From the IMG/VR virus record IMGVR_UViG_3300012929_000018, positions 1 to 64,000 of that record: DNA of 64,000 bases; one strand, written 5' to 3'. Below are positions 42,962-54,494 of this stretch, one piece after another. A model generated the notes under the pieces. It saw only the letters and a program-made list of their open reading frames with translations. It searched no databases and was not told the origin of the DNA. This DNA comes from a virus. The position numbers and the translations under genes were made by a program. Within the stretch, counting starts at the first letter, position 1. Each line of letters begins with the position of its first letter.

Positions 42962-43540
42962 TTATGATGGTAGTGATACTGGCGCTGTCGGCGCTGGTAG
43001 CTGTGCCGTTGTGGGCGGCGTTTGAGTTTGCGATGCTTCCTTGGCATCTTCACCGGATGCATCGGAGACAATCTCGCCCTCGATCACGACGGGAGTAGGT
43101 TCATCGTCGGCGCTCATCGCCTCATTGATGTTGATGAGTGTCTGTGATACCACATCCTGAGTGTCGAGACCTGCGGCGCGCCGAGCAATTTTGTCAGCGA
43201 GTTCAGCTTCGCGGAAATTGCTCGGCGCCTTGGCCTTCATCAATTTCAGCGAATCATGGGCTAAGTTGAAAGCTACCTTGCGGTGGTTTTCACCTTTCTC
43301 CAACCATTCATCGGCTTTCTTGGCAATGGCATTCTCAGCGGCCTTTTCAGCGGCTCGCGTTTGGATAGCCCCGATCATGCGTGATACGAGCGTCAATCGC
43401 TTGCGGTTCACCCGCCTGCGAATGGTGTTCGCCGATACGCCAAATCGGGCCGAAAGCTCCTGAATGTTAAGGCATTCGGCGGTGGCTGCATCTTGAATGG
43501 CGACCCAAGGGATACCTTTGGTGGGCGGTCTCTTCTCCAT
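42962..43540 (-). CDS. putative terminase small subunit (N-terminal HTH)
   Basis: IPWVAIQ..IQELSARFGVSANTIRRRVNR HTH, helical middle, ININ..VIEGEIV tail; lone minus-strand gene in this region. Confidence 0.6.
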   Translation of the reverse strand: MEKRPPTKGIPWVAIQDAATAECLNIQELSARFGVSANTIRRRVNRKRLTLVSRMIGAIQTRAAEKAAENAIAKKADEWLEKGENHRKVAFNLAHDSLKLMKAKAPSNFREAELADKIARRAAGLDTQDVVSQTLININEAMSADDEPTPVVIEGEIVSDASGEDAKEASQTQTPPTTAQLPAPTAPVSLPS

Positions 43541-44030
43541 GTGTGACCGCAACCTTACGACAAACTTTATGGATAAGCAAGACGAAACGGTAGATCGTTG
43601 CACCCGCATACGCGCGCCATGGACAAAGTGGCGTTTGTGTGTCGGCGTGGAGACGAAATACATGCCGATCGTTATGGCCGGGCTCTCTAACGAGGGCGCG
43701 CTCAAGGTCGGCATGATTACAGCTTGCCAGAGCAAGCTTGAGGGCGGGATTATTGTTCTACGCCCTTTACACGGAGCAAATTGATGGACATAAATCAAAC
43801 GCACGACGCCATCCAGAAGGCGATGAGCGACGCTAGGGAAACTCCCGAATACAAGCAAGAAGGCGAGGAACTGAAAAAGTTTAACCCGCGGAAGCGCGGT
43901 GGCGCTGCGTATCCTAAACGCAGCGGCATGTCACGGCGCAAGCTACGAGCAAAACAACTCGCGCCGCCGATCACACAGGAGCGCACGAATGCGTTGCTCG
44001 ACGCTGCGCTGAAAGTTTGGAGTTTGAAGC

Positions 44031-44780
44031 ATGGATACACAGACTAACGACAGACCCAAGATGCGGATAGACTTCCCATCGCAATACGCGTGGGAACAAT
44101 ACCTTCGCGACCAGCCTGTGCCAGCATTACTCGGCTATCGTTCGATGCTAGAAGTGGCACTCGACGCGCCAACCCCGCCCACGCAGCTACGCCTGGATAT
44201 GCGCACGCGCACAGGTAATGTGCCGCATCATGCCAGTGCTGATGTGGTGAAGTCGGATTACTTGTCGAATGTTATGTCACCCATCGGGTTACAGAAGGTC
44301 GTGCGTAAGGTGTGCTCGGTCATTAAGAAAAGCGGCGTCGAGTTCGATTCGATTGCATTCCGTGGATTCAGTGGAGCGTTGGTTGCGCCGCTGGTCGCCT
44401 GTCGATTGAAGAAAGGATTCCTCGCGGTGCGCAAGCACAAGGATAACGAGGATTGTCATTCGAGCTATCCTGTCGAGGGCGCAGTCAAAGCGCATTGCCA
44501 TTACATAATCATTGACGACATTATCAGCAGCGGCGCAACCGTCTGGAACATCGTTACCGAACTCAACACTTTCAAATATATTGATGTTTCCACTAACGGG
44601 AACACCGACTACCAGATCTTCAAACGCAAGTGCGTGGGTGTGTTCCTTTACAACTCATGGGTGAGCGATAAGGGTAAGGGACACGGCTTCGACTTCGAGA
44701 CGCGCGAGATTCATGCTGCCTACGGTGCTGACACCGAGGATTCATTTCATCTGCCTGTTTGGTCGTTCTCGGCAAAATAG
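44031..44780 (+). CDS. type I phosphoribosyltransferase-like protein
   Basis: PRPP-binding YIIIDDIISSGAT, IAFRGFSG, AVRK. Confidence 0.8.
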   Translation: MDTQTNDRPKMRIDFPSQYAWEQYLRDQPVPALLGYRSMLEVALDAPTPPTQLRLDMRTRTGNVPHHASADVVKSDYLSNVMSPIGLQKVVRKVCSVIKKSGVEFDSIAFRGFSGALVAPLVACRLKKGFLAVRKHKDNEDCHSSYPVEGAVKAHCHYIIIDDIISSGATVWNIVTELNTFKYIDVSTNGNTDYQIFKRKCVGVFLYNSWVSDKGKGHGFDFETREIHAAYGADTEDSFHLPVWSFSAK

Positions 44781-44955
44781 GCTTGACAACAACTAACGAA
44801 AAGGAGTAGAACGAATTTATGACCAGATTAAAACAATGGATTGCGTGGCGCTATCGCCACCACTTCGTGTTCAAGTGCATTCATCCACGCGGCTGTGAGT
44901 TCTGCTCGTGGTGTGGGTTTGGGCACTACCGAAGCAAGTATTGGGCGGGACACAG

Positions 44956-46908
44956 ATGAACGGACGAAACAAAAGCACTGCAACCCTGCCACCCTGCAAC
45001 CCTGAACGGGGTAATCCGAACTTCGTGAGCATCATTGCTCAGTCACTGTGGTTCGTGGAAATGATGCCGCAGGGCTACAGGCACGGAGAGGAACGGCGCA
45101 ATGAGGTGTTCATGATGAACGTGACACCCGCTGAGTTCCAATGCCTGCAATACAAGAAGATGCGCGACTTCAAGCGAGTTCGCTTAGGTGAACAGGCGCT
45201 CGCGAATCATCGCAAGATCGACAATTTCAGGCCGATGTTCGGCACTCTGAGTCGGAGTCAACGACTCGCAAAACGGGAAAGGAAGAATGAAAGACGTAAA
45301 GATAAAGCTAACGTTCCAACGTGTGCATAACATAGGCCGCGGCGGAACGGTCAACCAAAAGTATCAACTCAATCAAATTGAGAACGCGGTGACCGCGCGA
45401 GTTGCTAGCCCAGAGGCGGGCGCGTGGACGATCTATCGCGTGGGTGACATAGTGTCAGAGGCCCACGTGCAAGAGTTCGTCGCCGACAAACACTTCTACG
45501 AAGTGAAGGTGAAGTCATGACAGTTCAAGAATTCTACACCGACGAGAGTAAGTGGTGCAAGGACACGCTGTCAGACGGCAAAGGGGCGACGTGCCTACTC
45601 GGCGCGCTGTCCTCGTGTCATCAAACGAAGGGCGCCTACACGCAGGCATTGGGACAGCTTGTAGCTGCAATCCAAGCCTACGTGGGCTACACTTCGGTTG
45701 CTCGATTCAACGACGCCGAGACAACCACCTTCGCGGACATTGTGAAGGTAGTGAGAATGGCGGGTGTATAATGGAATCAATCAAAATGATTAAGCGTGAC
45801 GTGGTGGGCGCGGGCACCGGGCCTAAGTTGTGCCCGGTCGCACGCGCGTTGAAGCGCCACTTCGGAGCGGAGCAATCAAGCTGTGGCTTCACAACATGCA
45901 ATATCGAGATACGGAGCGGCCCTCGAACAGTCGAGCGGCGCTACTTCGATTTGGATAATAAAACTGCGGTGAAGATTCACAAATTCGAGGATATGCCGGG
46001 AACTGAGGTTGGGCCTTGGCGCCTGCCTCACACAATCAAACTAACGGAGACCACATGAGCGTGGATACCAATCAAGATGAAACCAACCTGCGCTATGCGC
46101 TCACACAACCAGACCGCACCGTGTATGAGAAACTACGCGCGCACCTGATTGAGCAGCATGGCTATGATGGGTTTCGTGAGATTCAAAGGAGTGCATTTCG
46201 CGTGCTCGCGAGTTTGTGCTCAGGATAATTTATGTTACTAAGCGAATGCTGTAGCGCCCCACCTTGGGGCACCGAAGAATACGGAATCTGTGGTGACTGC
46301 AAAGAGCATTGCGGATTCTATGACGACGAGGAACCTGTGCGCGAGCGCATGGAGTTCTCACCCGAACAACAGGCAATCATCGACAAGTTGATGCTGCCGG
46401 TATGCGTGGAGTGCGATCAGCCAGTGGCTGTATTCAGCGACGGCGGCACACTCCACCACAACAACAGCGGACAGATCGACGCCGAGAGCGACGCCGATCA
46501 TGCGCCGCGCATCAAGGAAGGTTGAATGAGCACATGGGCCAAGACTTTTGCGGCGGACCAGCACGCTAGGCGTGTATCTGGAATGCGAACATGGTCAGTG
46601 CGGTGCGATCAATGCGCCGTGCTGGTTATCAACAATGTGGTATGCCATGAGCACGGCTGCCCAACACAACGAAAGAAACGATGAACACAGAACAACGCAG
46701 AGATGTGCGCGGGGCGCTGATTAAGGTCGGCTTCAACCGCGGATATAGCATCGGCGACGATCAGATCGAACGAGTAGTCCATGCCGTCGCCGGTGTGGAA
46801 GGTGAGCGCCGCAAAGGGTGTTACACCGAGCTATTCAAACACCCAGACGGGACGCTCGTGTCGGTAACGTGGGCTGAGAAAAGCCACCTTCCGTCGAGGA
46901 ACTGCTAA
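44956..46908 (+). other. run of short hypothetical ORFs
   Basis: Overlapping start/stop chain including 45287-45520, 45771-46058, 46232-46525 (Cys-rich) and 46681-46908. Confidence 0.5.
45517..45771 (+). CDS. small phage protein (DUF6197-like)
   Basis: W.....CLLGAL..FNDA.TTTF.DIV pattern. Confidence 0.55.
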   Translation: MTVQEFYTDESKWCKDTLSDGKGATCLLGALSSCHQTKGAYTQALGQLVAAIQAYVGYTSVARFNDAETTTFADIVKVVRMAGV

Positions 46909-46914
46909 CAATTT

Positions 46915-47613
46915 ATGGCAAGGGAAACCAAACAACAAAGAAAAGAATCCAAGCTACAACGCGACCGCTTGCGGATTCTGCTAGACGTAGTGTCGCAACT
47001 AGACGAGCACAAGCTCATAGCTGAGCAGGGCGTCTATGTTAAATTCAGCCCGAAGGTGTCCAGTCGTGCTATCAACAAGCGCGGCGACATGCAATCGAAC
47101 CTCAATAACCTCGTGAGCAAGCGTAAGCCGTGCCGAGTGTGCGCGCTTGGCGCATGCTTCATCAGCGCGGTGACGTTGTTCGACAAGGTGCAGACTCAGG
47201 ACATTCTGGCTGAGGAATTGCTTCTCAAGACGAACACTCGTGACGGGATTCGGCACGACGTTGAAGAAGCCAACATGCGCGAGAAGTTGCTGCCTTACTT
47301 CAACTCGTTGGAGTTGGGCGTAATCGAAGCCTTGTTCGAGGACAAAGCGAACTTCATCGGCGGTGAGACGCAAGACTTCCCCGATCAAGATTTCGAGGAT
47401 GAACGTCAAGCATACGACGACGCGGCGATACTTCAACAATTGTTGAATGCGACCGACTCGACGGCTGACCGGCTGCGTTGGATTATGAACGCGGCGGCGA
47501 ACCTCGTCCACACTGGCAAAGCGATCAACGTGCGTGGTTTCAGAGACCAAGTGCTCGTATCGCTTGGCAGCGATGATTGGTTCAATTCAGTTCGAGACAG
47601 CAACGACCTGTAA
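46915..47613 (+). CDS. hypothetical protein with CRVCALGA motif
   Basis: 232-aa ORF in the operon chain. Confidence 0.65.
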   Translation: MARETKQQRKESKLQRDRLRILLDVVSQLDEHKLIAEQGVYVKFSPKVSSRAINKRGDMQSNLNNLVSKRKPCRVCALGACFISAVTLFDKVQTQDILAEELLLKTNTRDGIRHDVEEANMREKLLPYFNSLELGVIEALFEDKANFIGGETQDFPDQDFEDERQAYDDAAILQQLLNATDSTADRLRWIMNAAANLVHTGKAINVRGFRDQVLVSLGSDDWFNSVRDSNDL

Positions 47614-47645
47614 TCATGTCAGCGCCTCGGTGACGGGGCGCTGCA

Positions 47646-48158
47646 ATGATTATGAGCAAAATACAACTAAAACCAGAAGCTGTGCGCCTATTGCGCGCAG
47701 TCCAAAAACAAATCCGTAAGGCGCCCACATCTTTCGATATGAGCGTCATCGCGGAGAAAGCCAAGTATAAGGAAATCACGGCAAGCGTGATTCTAAACAA
47801 CGAGCTACTTCCGCCTTGCGGCACGACGGCGTGCATTGCAGGCTGGGTGCTGATCAAAAGCAATCAACCGTTCGAGGGTAATTCCCCGTTGAGTCGTGCT
47901 GCTGATATACTCGGCCTCAACAACGAAAGCGACGGAAGCGACTACGGACAGTTGTTCCTGTCGAGCAAGTGGCCCAAGTATAGTAAGCGCGACAATCAGC
48001 TTATGCATAAGCTGTTTCGGTTGGACAAGATTCGCGACGACAAGCTCATCAACGGGCGGTCCACGCGTATCATCAACAGTCGCATCAAGCGGGTGATTAA
48101 GGAGCGCGGTCAGTTAGCGATCAAGCGCATCGACCTGCTGATCGACAAAGGAATATGA
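47646..48158 (+). CDS. hypothetical phage protein with CGTTACIAGW motif
   Basis: FDMS..CGTTACIAGW..AADILGL..LF pattern recalled from phage early genes. Confidence 0.65.
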   Translation: MIMSKIQLKPEAVRLLRAVQKQIRKAPTSFDMSVIAEKAKYKEITASVILNNELLPPCGTTACIAGWVLIKSNQPFEGNSPLSRAADILGLNNESDGSDYGQLFLSSKWPKYSKRDNQLMHKLFRLDKIRDDKLINGRSTRIINSRIKRVIKERGQLAIKRIDLLIDKGI

Positions 48159-49060
48159 TTACAAAGCCGATGCTGGCGGGCAAGTGCTCGTCAGCAGCGC
48201 GCCTCACCTACCCGGTGCTGGCGACGCCCAAGTTAGATGGTATCCGCTGCCTTATCATCAACGGCAAGGCGGTGAGTCGGGCATTCAAAGCAATCCCGAA
48301 CGATTATATCCGATACACGATAGAAGCGTGTATAAATAGCTATCAATTCGATGGTGAAATCATCATCCCGAATCGAAGCTTCAACGACCTAAGCGGCGAC
48401 GTGCGCCGTAAGGACGGGCGACCAACCAATTTCGAGTATCATGTATTCGATTACGTGCAGGAGTCCACGGCCTCATGCAACGGGTTGAAGGTCGTTTACA
48501 GTCAACGCATGCGCAACCTTGCAGCCCTGCAGAACCTAGCCCCGTTCGTGGTGAAGGTGCTGCCGGTTACAATCGCGAACGAAGCGGAGCTTCTCGCGTA
48601 TGAGGAAGCCCAACTCGCTCTCGGTTACGAAGGCGTGATGGTGCGCGGGCCGAACAGCCCATACAAGTGCGGCCGTTCGTCGGAGAACGAAGGCTACTTG
48701 CTCAAGGTCAAACGATTCGAGGACAGTGAGGCCGTCGTCGTAGGGTATGAGGAACTCATGCACAACGATAACGTGGCTACGCGCGACGCCTTCGGGCGCA
48801 CCGAGCGCAGCACGAACCAGGAAAACCTACGCCCCGCGGGCGTATTGGGCAAGCTGGTGTGCCAGTATCGCAACGCAGCCGGTAACATGGTTGAGTTCGG
48901 TATCGGCACAGGGTATGACGCCAAGACCCGCGCGGAGTTGTGGGTTAAGCGCGACAAACTCAAGAACAAGATCGTGAAGTTCAAGCACCAGCCAAGCGGC
49001 GCCGACGAGCGCCCGCGGTTCCCGGTGTTCCTTGGATTCCGCGACAAGTGGGATATGTAA
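48155..49060 (+). CDS. ATP-dependent DNA ligase
   Basis: TPKLDGIR (KxDG), FDGEI, VFD, EGVMVR, LLKVK, PRFPVF. Confidence 0.95.
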   Translation: MITKPMLAGKCSSAARLTYPVLATPKLDGIRCLIINGKAVSRAFKAIPNDYIRYTIEACINSYQFDGEIIIPNRSFNDLSGDVRRKDGRPTNFEYHVFDYVQESTASCNGLKVVYSQRMRNLAALQNLAPFVVKVLPVTIANEAELLAYEEAQLALGYEGVMVRGPNSPYKCGRSSENEGYLLKVKRFEDSEAVVVGYEELMHNDNVATRDAFGRTERSTNQENLRPAGVLGKLVCQYRNAAGNMVEFGIGTGYDAKTRAELWVKRDKLKNKIVKFKHQPSGADERPRFPVFLGFRDKWDM

Positions 49061-50003
49061 TTATGAACACAGGACAAATCATAGTGAGGGAAACTACCGC
49101 CAAACACAACGGACGTAGAATCGTCATGGTGTTCGGCGTGCTCGCGTTGGATGAGAACTCCAACCTGAAAGGCGAGCATCAATACACGGTGGTCGGCGGT
49201 GGCGGAAGCCTTCGCTTCGACGACCGTGATGGAAAGGACATGACCGCGCGGTCAATAGGCAACACGCCTGACGGCTTGCTGCGGGAACCAATATGGAAAG
49301 TATGAAGATGACATTTGAAAGTGAAAATCGAAAATCGATCACCAAACCTAGATCATTGATCTGGCAGTATGGGGTTGTTGATAATGCCGACCGGGTGCGA
49401 TACCCTGCTCGGCGCAGCAAGATCACAGGACGGGTGCAGGTTAAGCTGCGCCTGTGTAATTGGGTAACCATTAACGAGAGATGGATGTTCAATCCAGCCC
49501 TTTGGGTTGACTTCCGATTATTTCTATGAAACTAACACTCGAACTGACAGAGGACCCCGAAGGCGGGTTCACAACCCGACGTGAGTGGTCGGGCACGAAG
49601 GACGCGCCGCCGCTATTCATCAAAATAGCCCAGCGCCTCGAACTCGCGGTGCTGTCAACGCTAGACATGTTCAGCCATTCGCTCGGCACCGGCGAAGGCA
49701 AGACCGAAGAAGAAGCGCGAATCAAATTAGACATTGACCGCTCCATTCGTAAGGCAGGGGAGCCCGAATAATGTTTACGTGGCATCCGATAAGCGAAGAC
49801 CCGCCGCGCACCGGCTACTACGTGTTGGCGCACTACGGGACAATGACAGCGCACAACTTCTGGCGCGGGCACGACAAGCCGTGGATTAACCCCGAGGGGA
49901 TAAAATACGGATGGGTGTCTGACCAATTCGGCAGAGACCCGTTGGCGTTCCGCCCTACCCACTGGATGTTCGTGCCATTTCCACCTTGCGAGGTTCCGCC
50001 ATC

Positions 50004-50504
50004 ATGGGAAGCAAGACCAACAGGTTAGGAATTAAGACGGCGGTTAGCGATCGTGAAGCACGAACGCTCCGCTCGCTCGCGACCGGCCAGAGGGTGATCG
50101 AGGTAGGCTCGTTGCTCGGCTATTCAACTATCACGTTGGCTAGCCGGGCGACGCACGTTGACGCGATTGACCCGCACAACGGCTACCCATATTACAACCC
50201 TGTTCCCACGCTGCCCTGCTTCCTTGCAAACCTGCAACGGTGGGGCGTGGACGCAAAGGTGACGGCGCGGGTAGGGTTGGCGCAGGAGTGGCTGGATAAG
50301 TTGAAGGCCGACATGGCATTCATCGACTGCACCGGCTTCTATGAGGACACTAAGTTTTGCCTCAACCATGCGCAGGCAGCTGTAATAGCGGTGCATGATT
50401 TCGGGCGGCGGGGCTGCGATGGCGTGGCACGCGCCGTAATTGAATTTGTTAGAGAAAGAAACCGAGAGTTGTCGATGATCGACACTCTTGCAATCATCAC
50501 ATGA
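50004..50504 (+). CDS. class I SAM-dependent methyltransferase (Methyltransf_24-like)
   Basis: VIEVGSLLGYST, AIDPH, AFID, IAVHD. Confidence 0.8.
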   Translation: MGSKTNRLGIKTAVSDREARTLRSLATGQRVIEVGSLLGYSTITLASRATHVDAIDPHNGYPYYNPVPTLPCFLANLQRWGVDAKVTARVGLAQEWLDKLKADMAFIDCTGFYEDTKFCLNHAQAAVIAVHDFGRRGCDGVARAVIEFVRERNRELSMIDTLAIIT

Positions 50505-51998
50505 GCGCGCATAATGCGCACTAGAAAGGGAAAATGAGATACAACATAATCGACAAGAAAAAGCCAACGTCGGTTGAGCCGACCGTCAACCTCTCGTTTG
50601 AGCGTGAGGAAGATGGTAGTGTAAACGTAATGGCGGATAGATGGTATATCCTTACGTTTGAAACCAATGGCAAAATCCAACGCTGCGCGTCTGTGCCCTC
50701 GGGCATCGGCTTCAAGGTGGATGAAAAAGGCCACGTGCTCACGACCAAGGAACTATGAAACCGCTAACAAGAAAGGTAACATGAAACAAATCAGAGAGTT
50801 TCCGTCGAGCTTAATGACGGGATACCAAACCTACACGCCCGGCAAGCTGCTCGACATTGCCGCGGAAATGACCCGCTCGGGTATCGAATCCATCGACTTC
50901 GAAATCGAAGAAGTATGGGAAAATTCCCACAGCATTCAATGTCGCGAGCGCAGGCTCGAGACCGATCAGGAATACATCGAACGCATCGAGAAAGATCGCA
51001 AGTTCGACGAACAGCGCGAGCAGTATGAGCACGCGACGTATCTCCGTCTTCAACGCAAGTTTGGAAAGCAATAAACTATGAAATGGAAAATAAACATACT
51101 GTTCCCGTTCCTGATCGCATTCACGATCTGGGCGGGAGTAACCGGACACGTATCGTGGTGGACAATCGCCCTGATCGTGGCTAGCCATGCCGAAGTGAAC
51201 GTTCACTTCACGATATGAGCGAAACCAACAATCAAGTAGCGGCGCGGGCAGTCCGTGATCTGCGCAGGCAAAAGCAACATCGACCCCAAGTATGGCGGAC
51301 TGTGCGCGGCGAGCGCCGCGTCTACGTCTCCGACGGCGGCGGGTGTGTTGAGAGGGTAGAGTAACCTCGGTTTTTTGAGGGAAAAAATTTTTAGCGAAAT
51401 AACTAGCAAAAGTTTAATGAACCTGCCAAAATCGAAATCACTAATGAATGCGTTACTCTACTCACCAACGGGCGTGGCAGAGTATGACCCATCACGGGGC
51501 ATATCCTACCCGCTTCCATTTGAACCTAGTCCCGAGGACTTTGCCTCTGGCCTCGTCGAGGAAAACCCGACGTTGCCTGACGAGGACACCGGCTCTGACT
51601 ATGCTACCTCTGATTATATGCAGCCCGAGTGGCGATCACTCCGCTCTGTGCTCGACCGTAACTTCGGCCCCGGCGGCGGTCGCTTCGTGTGGTATACCCA
51701 CACCGGCGAGGCGATGGACCCGGCAGACATGGCGACACCGCACGTATTCTATGCTCTGCGCATGGTCTGGAATCACAGCGTGCCGCGGGTAATGAAGGTC
51801 GGCGACGGCCCGAACTACCCTGACGTGCGCCTTTGGTGCGACGCCTACAAACAGGCAGCGATCACCACACTCGCGAATGAACTCGCGCAGCGAGACGACG
51901 AACTGAATGAAGATTTGCGGATGGAGTTGTTCGAGATGGTTCAAAAGACCCTCGTCATTCTCCAACTCGGCCTGTAATTTCTCCCGTTGGTAACCCGC

Positions 51999-52035
51999 GT
52001 GGCGACGCTCGCAAGGGCGTCGCCACTTTTCTTTT
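51999..52035 (+). terminator. rho-independent terminator
   Basis: GTGGCGACGCTC-GCAA-GGGCGTCGCCAC-TTTTCTTTT. Confidence 0.85.
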
Positions 52036-52292
52036 AACGATACAGGAGTATCATATCTGCGCGCATAATGCGCGCGAAAGGATCGAAATGAAATGACTAT
52101 GCTCAAACTGCGGCTGATGTTGTGGTTCGCCAAACAATTATTTAACTTGATCGTGACGTGGGAAGGCCCCAACGGTCGGGCTGTGATGTTCTTGGCAGCC
52201 AATATACGCGACTTGAACTGCGGAGTGCGCAGCTACGTGGAAGCGTTAGACCAATCTTATATCGACAACGATAACAAACAGAAGGAGTAAAC

Positions 52293-54464
52293 ATGAAAGT
52301 AGTGAGTGAGGGAACAGCATCCCTACTCGGCGGGACGGATGCGCCTATCAATATGGGCATATCCACAGACCCCGAGGACCAGCTTATGATCTTGAACGTG
52401 TTGAGCAATTCGCTCTACACCGACAAGGTCGCAGCCGTGTTAAGGGAATACGGATGCAATGGGTTCGACGCCAACGTCGAAGCAGGCCGAGGGCATCAGC
52501 CCATCGAAATTCGCCTGCCCAATAGGTTAGACCCGACGCTAGCAATTCGGGACTTCGGCTACGGCATGAGTGAGGCTCAGATTCTCAACGTGTTCTGCCG
52601 ACTTGGGCGCTCGACCAAGCGCCAGTCCAATACCTTCACCGGCATGTTAGGTATCGGCTCGAAGGCGGGCTTCGCTTATGGCGACAGCTTCGTCGTGACG
52701 AGCTTTAACGGCGGCAGCAAGACAGTGTATAATTGCTTCCGCGATCAGGGCGCACCACGCCTTGCCAAGATGCACGAAGAACCGAGCGACTCGCCGGATG
52801 GAATCGAAGTGAAGGTGCCGATTAGGGTCGGTGACTTCCAAGAGTTCATCACCAAAGCCGAGCGTATCTATCGTTACTTCAAGGTGCGGCCAATCATCCA
52901 CGGCGTAAGCGGGTGGACGTGGGCCGAGCGCGGCGTCGCTGAGTTCTCCGGCACAGGCTGGCGATACACCGGCGTCGGCAGTTCCGTGGCAATCATGGGC
53001 AACGTGGGCTACACGCTCACCGAAGCAGCCCTGCCACAGTCGGTCGATGCTCGCCTGCGAACGTTGATTAACCTCGGGGTCGAGTTGGACTTCGAGATTG
53101 GTGACCTTGAGATTGCTGCCAACCGAGAAGGTTTGCAGTATAAGGAGCACACAATCAAGTCGATTGTAGCGCGGCTCACCATTGTAGCCGACGAGGTTAC
53201 CAAGGTGTTCACCGATCGCATTGCAACGGCGCCGTCCCTCTGGGATGCGCACCGTATGTATGGCGACAACTTCGAGAAGATGGGCCAGTCCCAATACGGG
53301 ATGCGCACGTTGAAAGAAGTAGTGAACAAGGGCATCACGTGGCAGGGTAAGAAGATCACGACGGGCCGGTTTGCATTGCTGCCGAGCCAGTGGGTCGGGG
53401 TTACAATGCCGGGTGTGCACATCGTTGAGTATCACAAGGACAGATACTACGCGAGCCGCACGCAGAAGCGTGACAATCCTGGTGACACCTACGCGTCGGA
53501 GAAAACGCAGCTTTGCTTCAATGATCTGGCGTCGCAGACCAACAGTCCGTCGAGGGTGAAGGGGTTCTTTGAAACCAAGACCACGTTCGAGCGGTTGGTG
53601 ACGTTCACATTCGAGAACGATACCGCGAAGAAGAAATACATCAGGCTGGTTCAACTCGACGGAGCGCCGACGATAAACCTGTCGTCAGTTCCGCCGTCGA
53701 TCATCGTGAGCACGAGCAGCGGCAGCAGCGGGCCGAGTGAGCATCGCGCTAAACACAGCGCCAAGGTGTTCGAGTTGGCAGCAGCGCGCCCGGTGCAGGG
53801 CTCGTCGGTCAGGAGCAAGTGGTGGGAAAAGACGGAAGTCGATCTTGAGAATGACTCGGGAATTTACGTGAAGATTCACAAGTTCTCCGCGTTGCTCGCC
53901 GACGGCCCGATTGAACCGACTCAGTTCTGGAATGACTCGCGGGCCTTAATCAAGGCAGGCATCATCACCGGCAAGATCGTGGGTCTCAAGCAGGCAATGG
54001 TGGATAAGATCGGCAAGGGATGGGTGTCCCTCGAAGATCACATCAAAGCGAATCTCGATCAATGGGTGACCGCCAACAAGCAGACGGTAGCGGATGCTGA
54101 CGGGGCGCTTGCGCATAAGGAATGGATTCCGAAGAAGTGGGCGCGGCATTTCAGTCCGAAGTCCGCGATGCATCGGTATCTGCGAGCGTTCGAGTTGATG
54201 GTTGAGAACGGCAAGAAAACCTCGGACATGGTTGATTCCATTCGTCGCGGGTATAACTGCCTGCTCAAGAAGTCAGTGCTCGACAAGCTGCCGAGCCCGA
54301 CGCATGATTTGGATAAGCTCAGCAAGGAAGCGTTGAACACGTATACGTTGCTGGCTATCCTGAACAAGCAGTCGCCCTACGTGTGGGATGAACGCCATCA
54401 CGTCGGGGGCAATGCTTCACTCTTGCAATCGTGCAAGGAATATGTTCAACTAGTAAACCAATAA
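52293..54464 (+). CDS. rIIA: RIIA-like protein (N-terminal GHKL/HSP90-like ATPase)
   Basis: LYTDKVAAVLRE..NGFDA, IRDFGYGMS, STKRQSN..GMLGIGSK, VAIMGNVGY, NREGLQY. Confidence 0.88.
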   Translation: MKVVSEGTASLLGGTDAPINMGISTDPEDQLMILNVLSNSLYTDKVAAVLREYGCNGFDANVEAGRGHQPIEIRLPNRLDPTLAIRDFGYGMSEAQILNVFCRLGRSTKRQSNTFTGMLGIGSKAGFAYGDSFVVTSFNGGSKTVYNCFRDQGAPRLAKMHEEPSDSPDGIEVKVPIRVGDFQEFITKAERIYRYFKVRPIIHGVSGWTWAERGVAEFSGTGWRYTGVGSSVAIMGNVGYTLTEAALPQSVDARLRTLINLGVELDFEIGDLEIAANREGLQYKEHTIKSIVARLTIVADEVTKVFTDRIATAPSLWDAHRMYGDNFEKMGQSQYGMRTLKEVVNKGITWQGKKITTGRFALLPSQWVGVTMPGVHIVEYHKDRYYASRTQKRDNPGDTYASEKTQLCFNDLASQTNSPSRVKGFFETKTTFERLVTFTFENDTAKKKYIRLVQLDGAPTINLSSVPPSIIVSTSSGSSGPSEHRAKHSAKVFELAAARPVQGSSVRSKWWEKTEVDLENDSGIYVKIHKFSALLADGPIEPTQFWNDSRALIKAGIITGKIVGLKQAMVDKIGKGWVSLEDHIKANLDQWVTANKQTVADADGALAHKEWIPKKWARHFSPKSAMHRYLRAFELMVENGKKTSDMVDSIRRGYNCLLKKSVLDKLPSPTHDLDKLSKEALNTYTLLAILNKQSPYVWDERHHVGGNASLLQSCKEYVQLVNQ

Positions 54465-54494
54465 CAAAACAACAAGAAAGGGAAAGCAAAGAGA

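Larger units (their letters stand above)
49063..52290 (+). other. run of short hypothetical ORFs
   Basis: 49063-49305, 49302-49529, 49526-49771, 49771-50028, 50534-50758, 50781-51074, ~51417-51977, 52093-52290. Confidence 0.5.

Noticed and set aside
52647-53654. 335-aa minus-strand ORF and similar long antisense ORFs (973-1878, 27777-28385, 32014-32673, 54597-55196)
   Set aside because: Fully overlap well-supported genes on the other strand and carry no motifs
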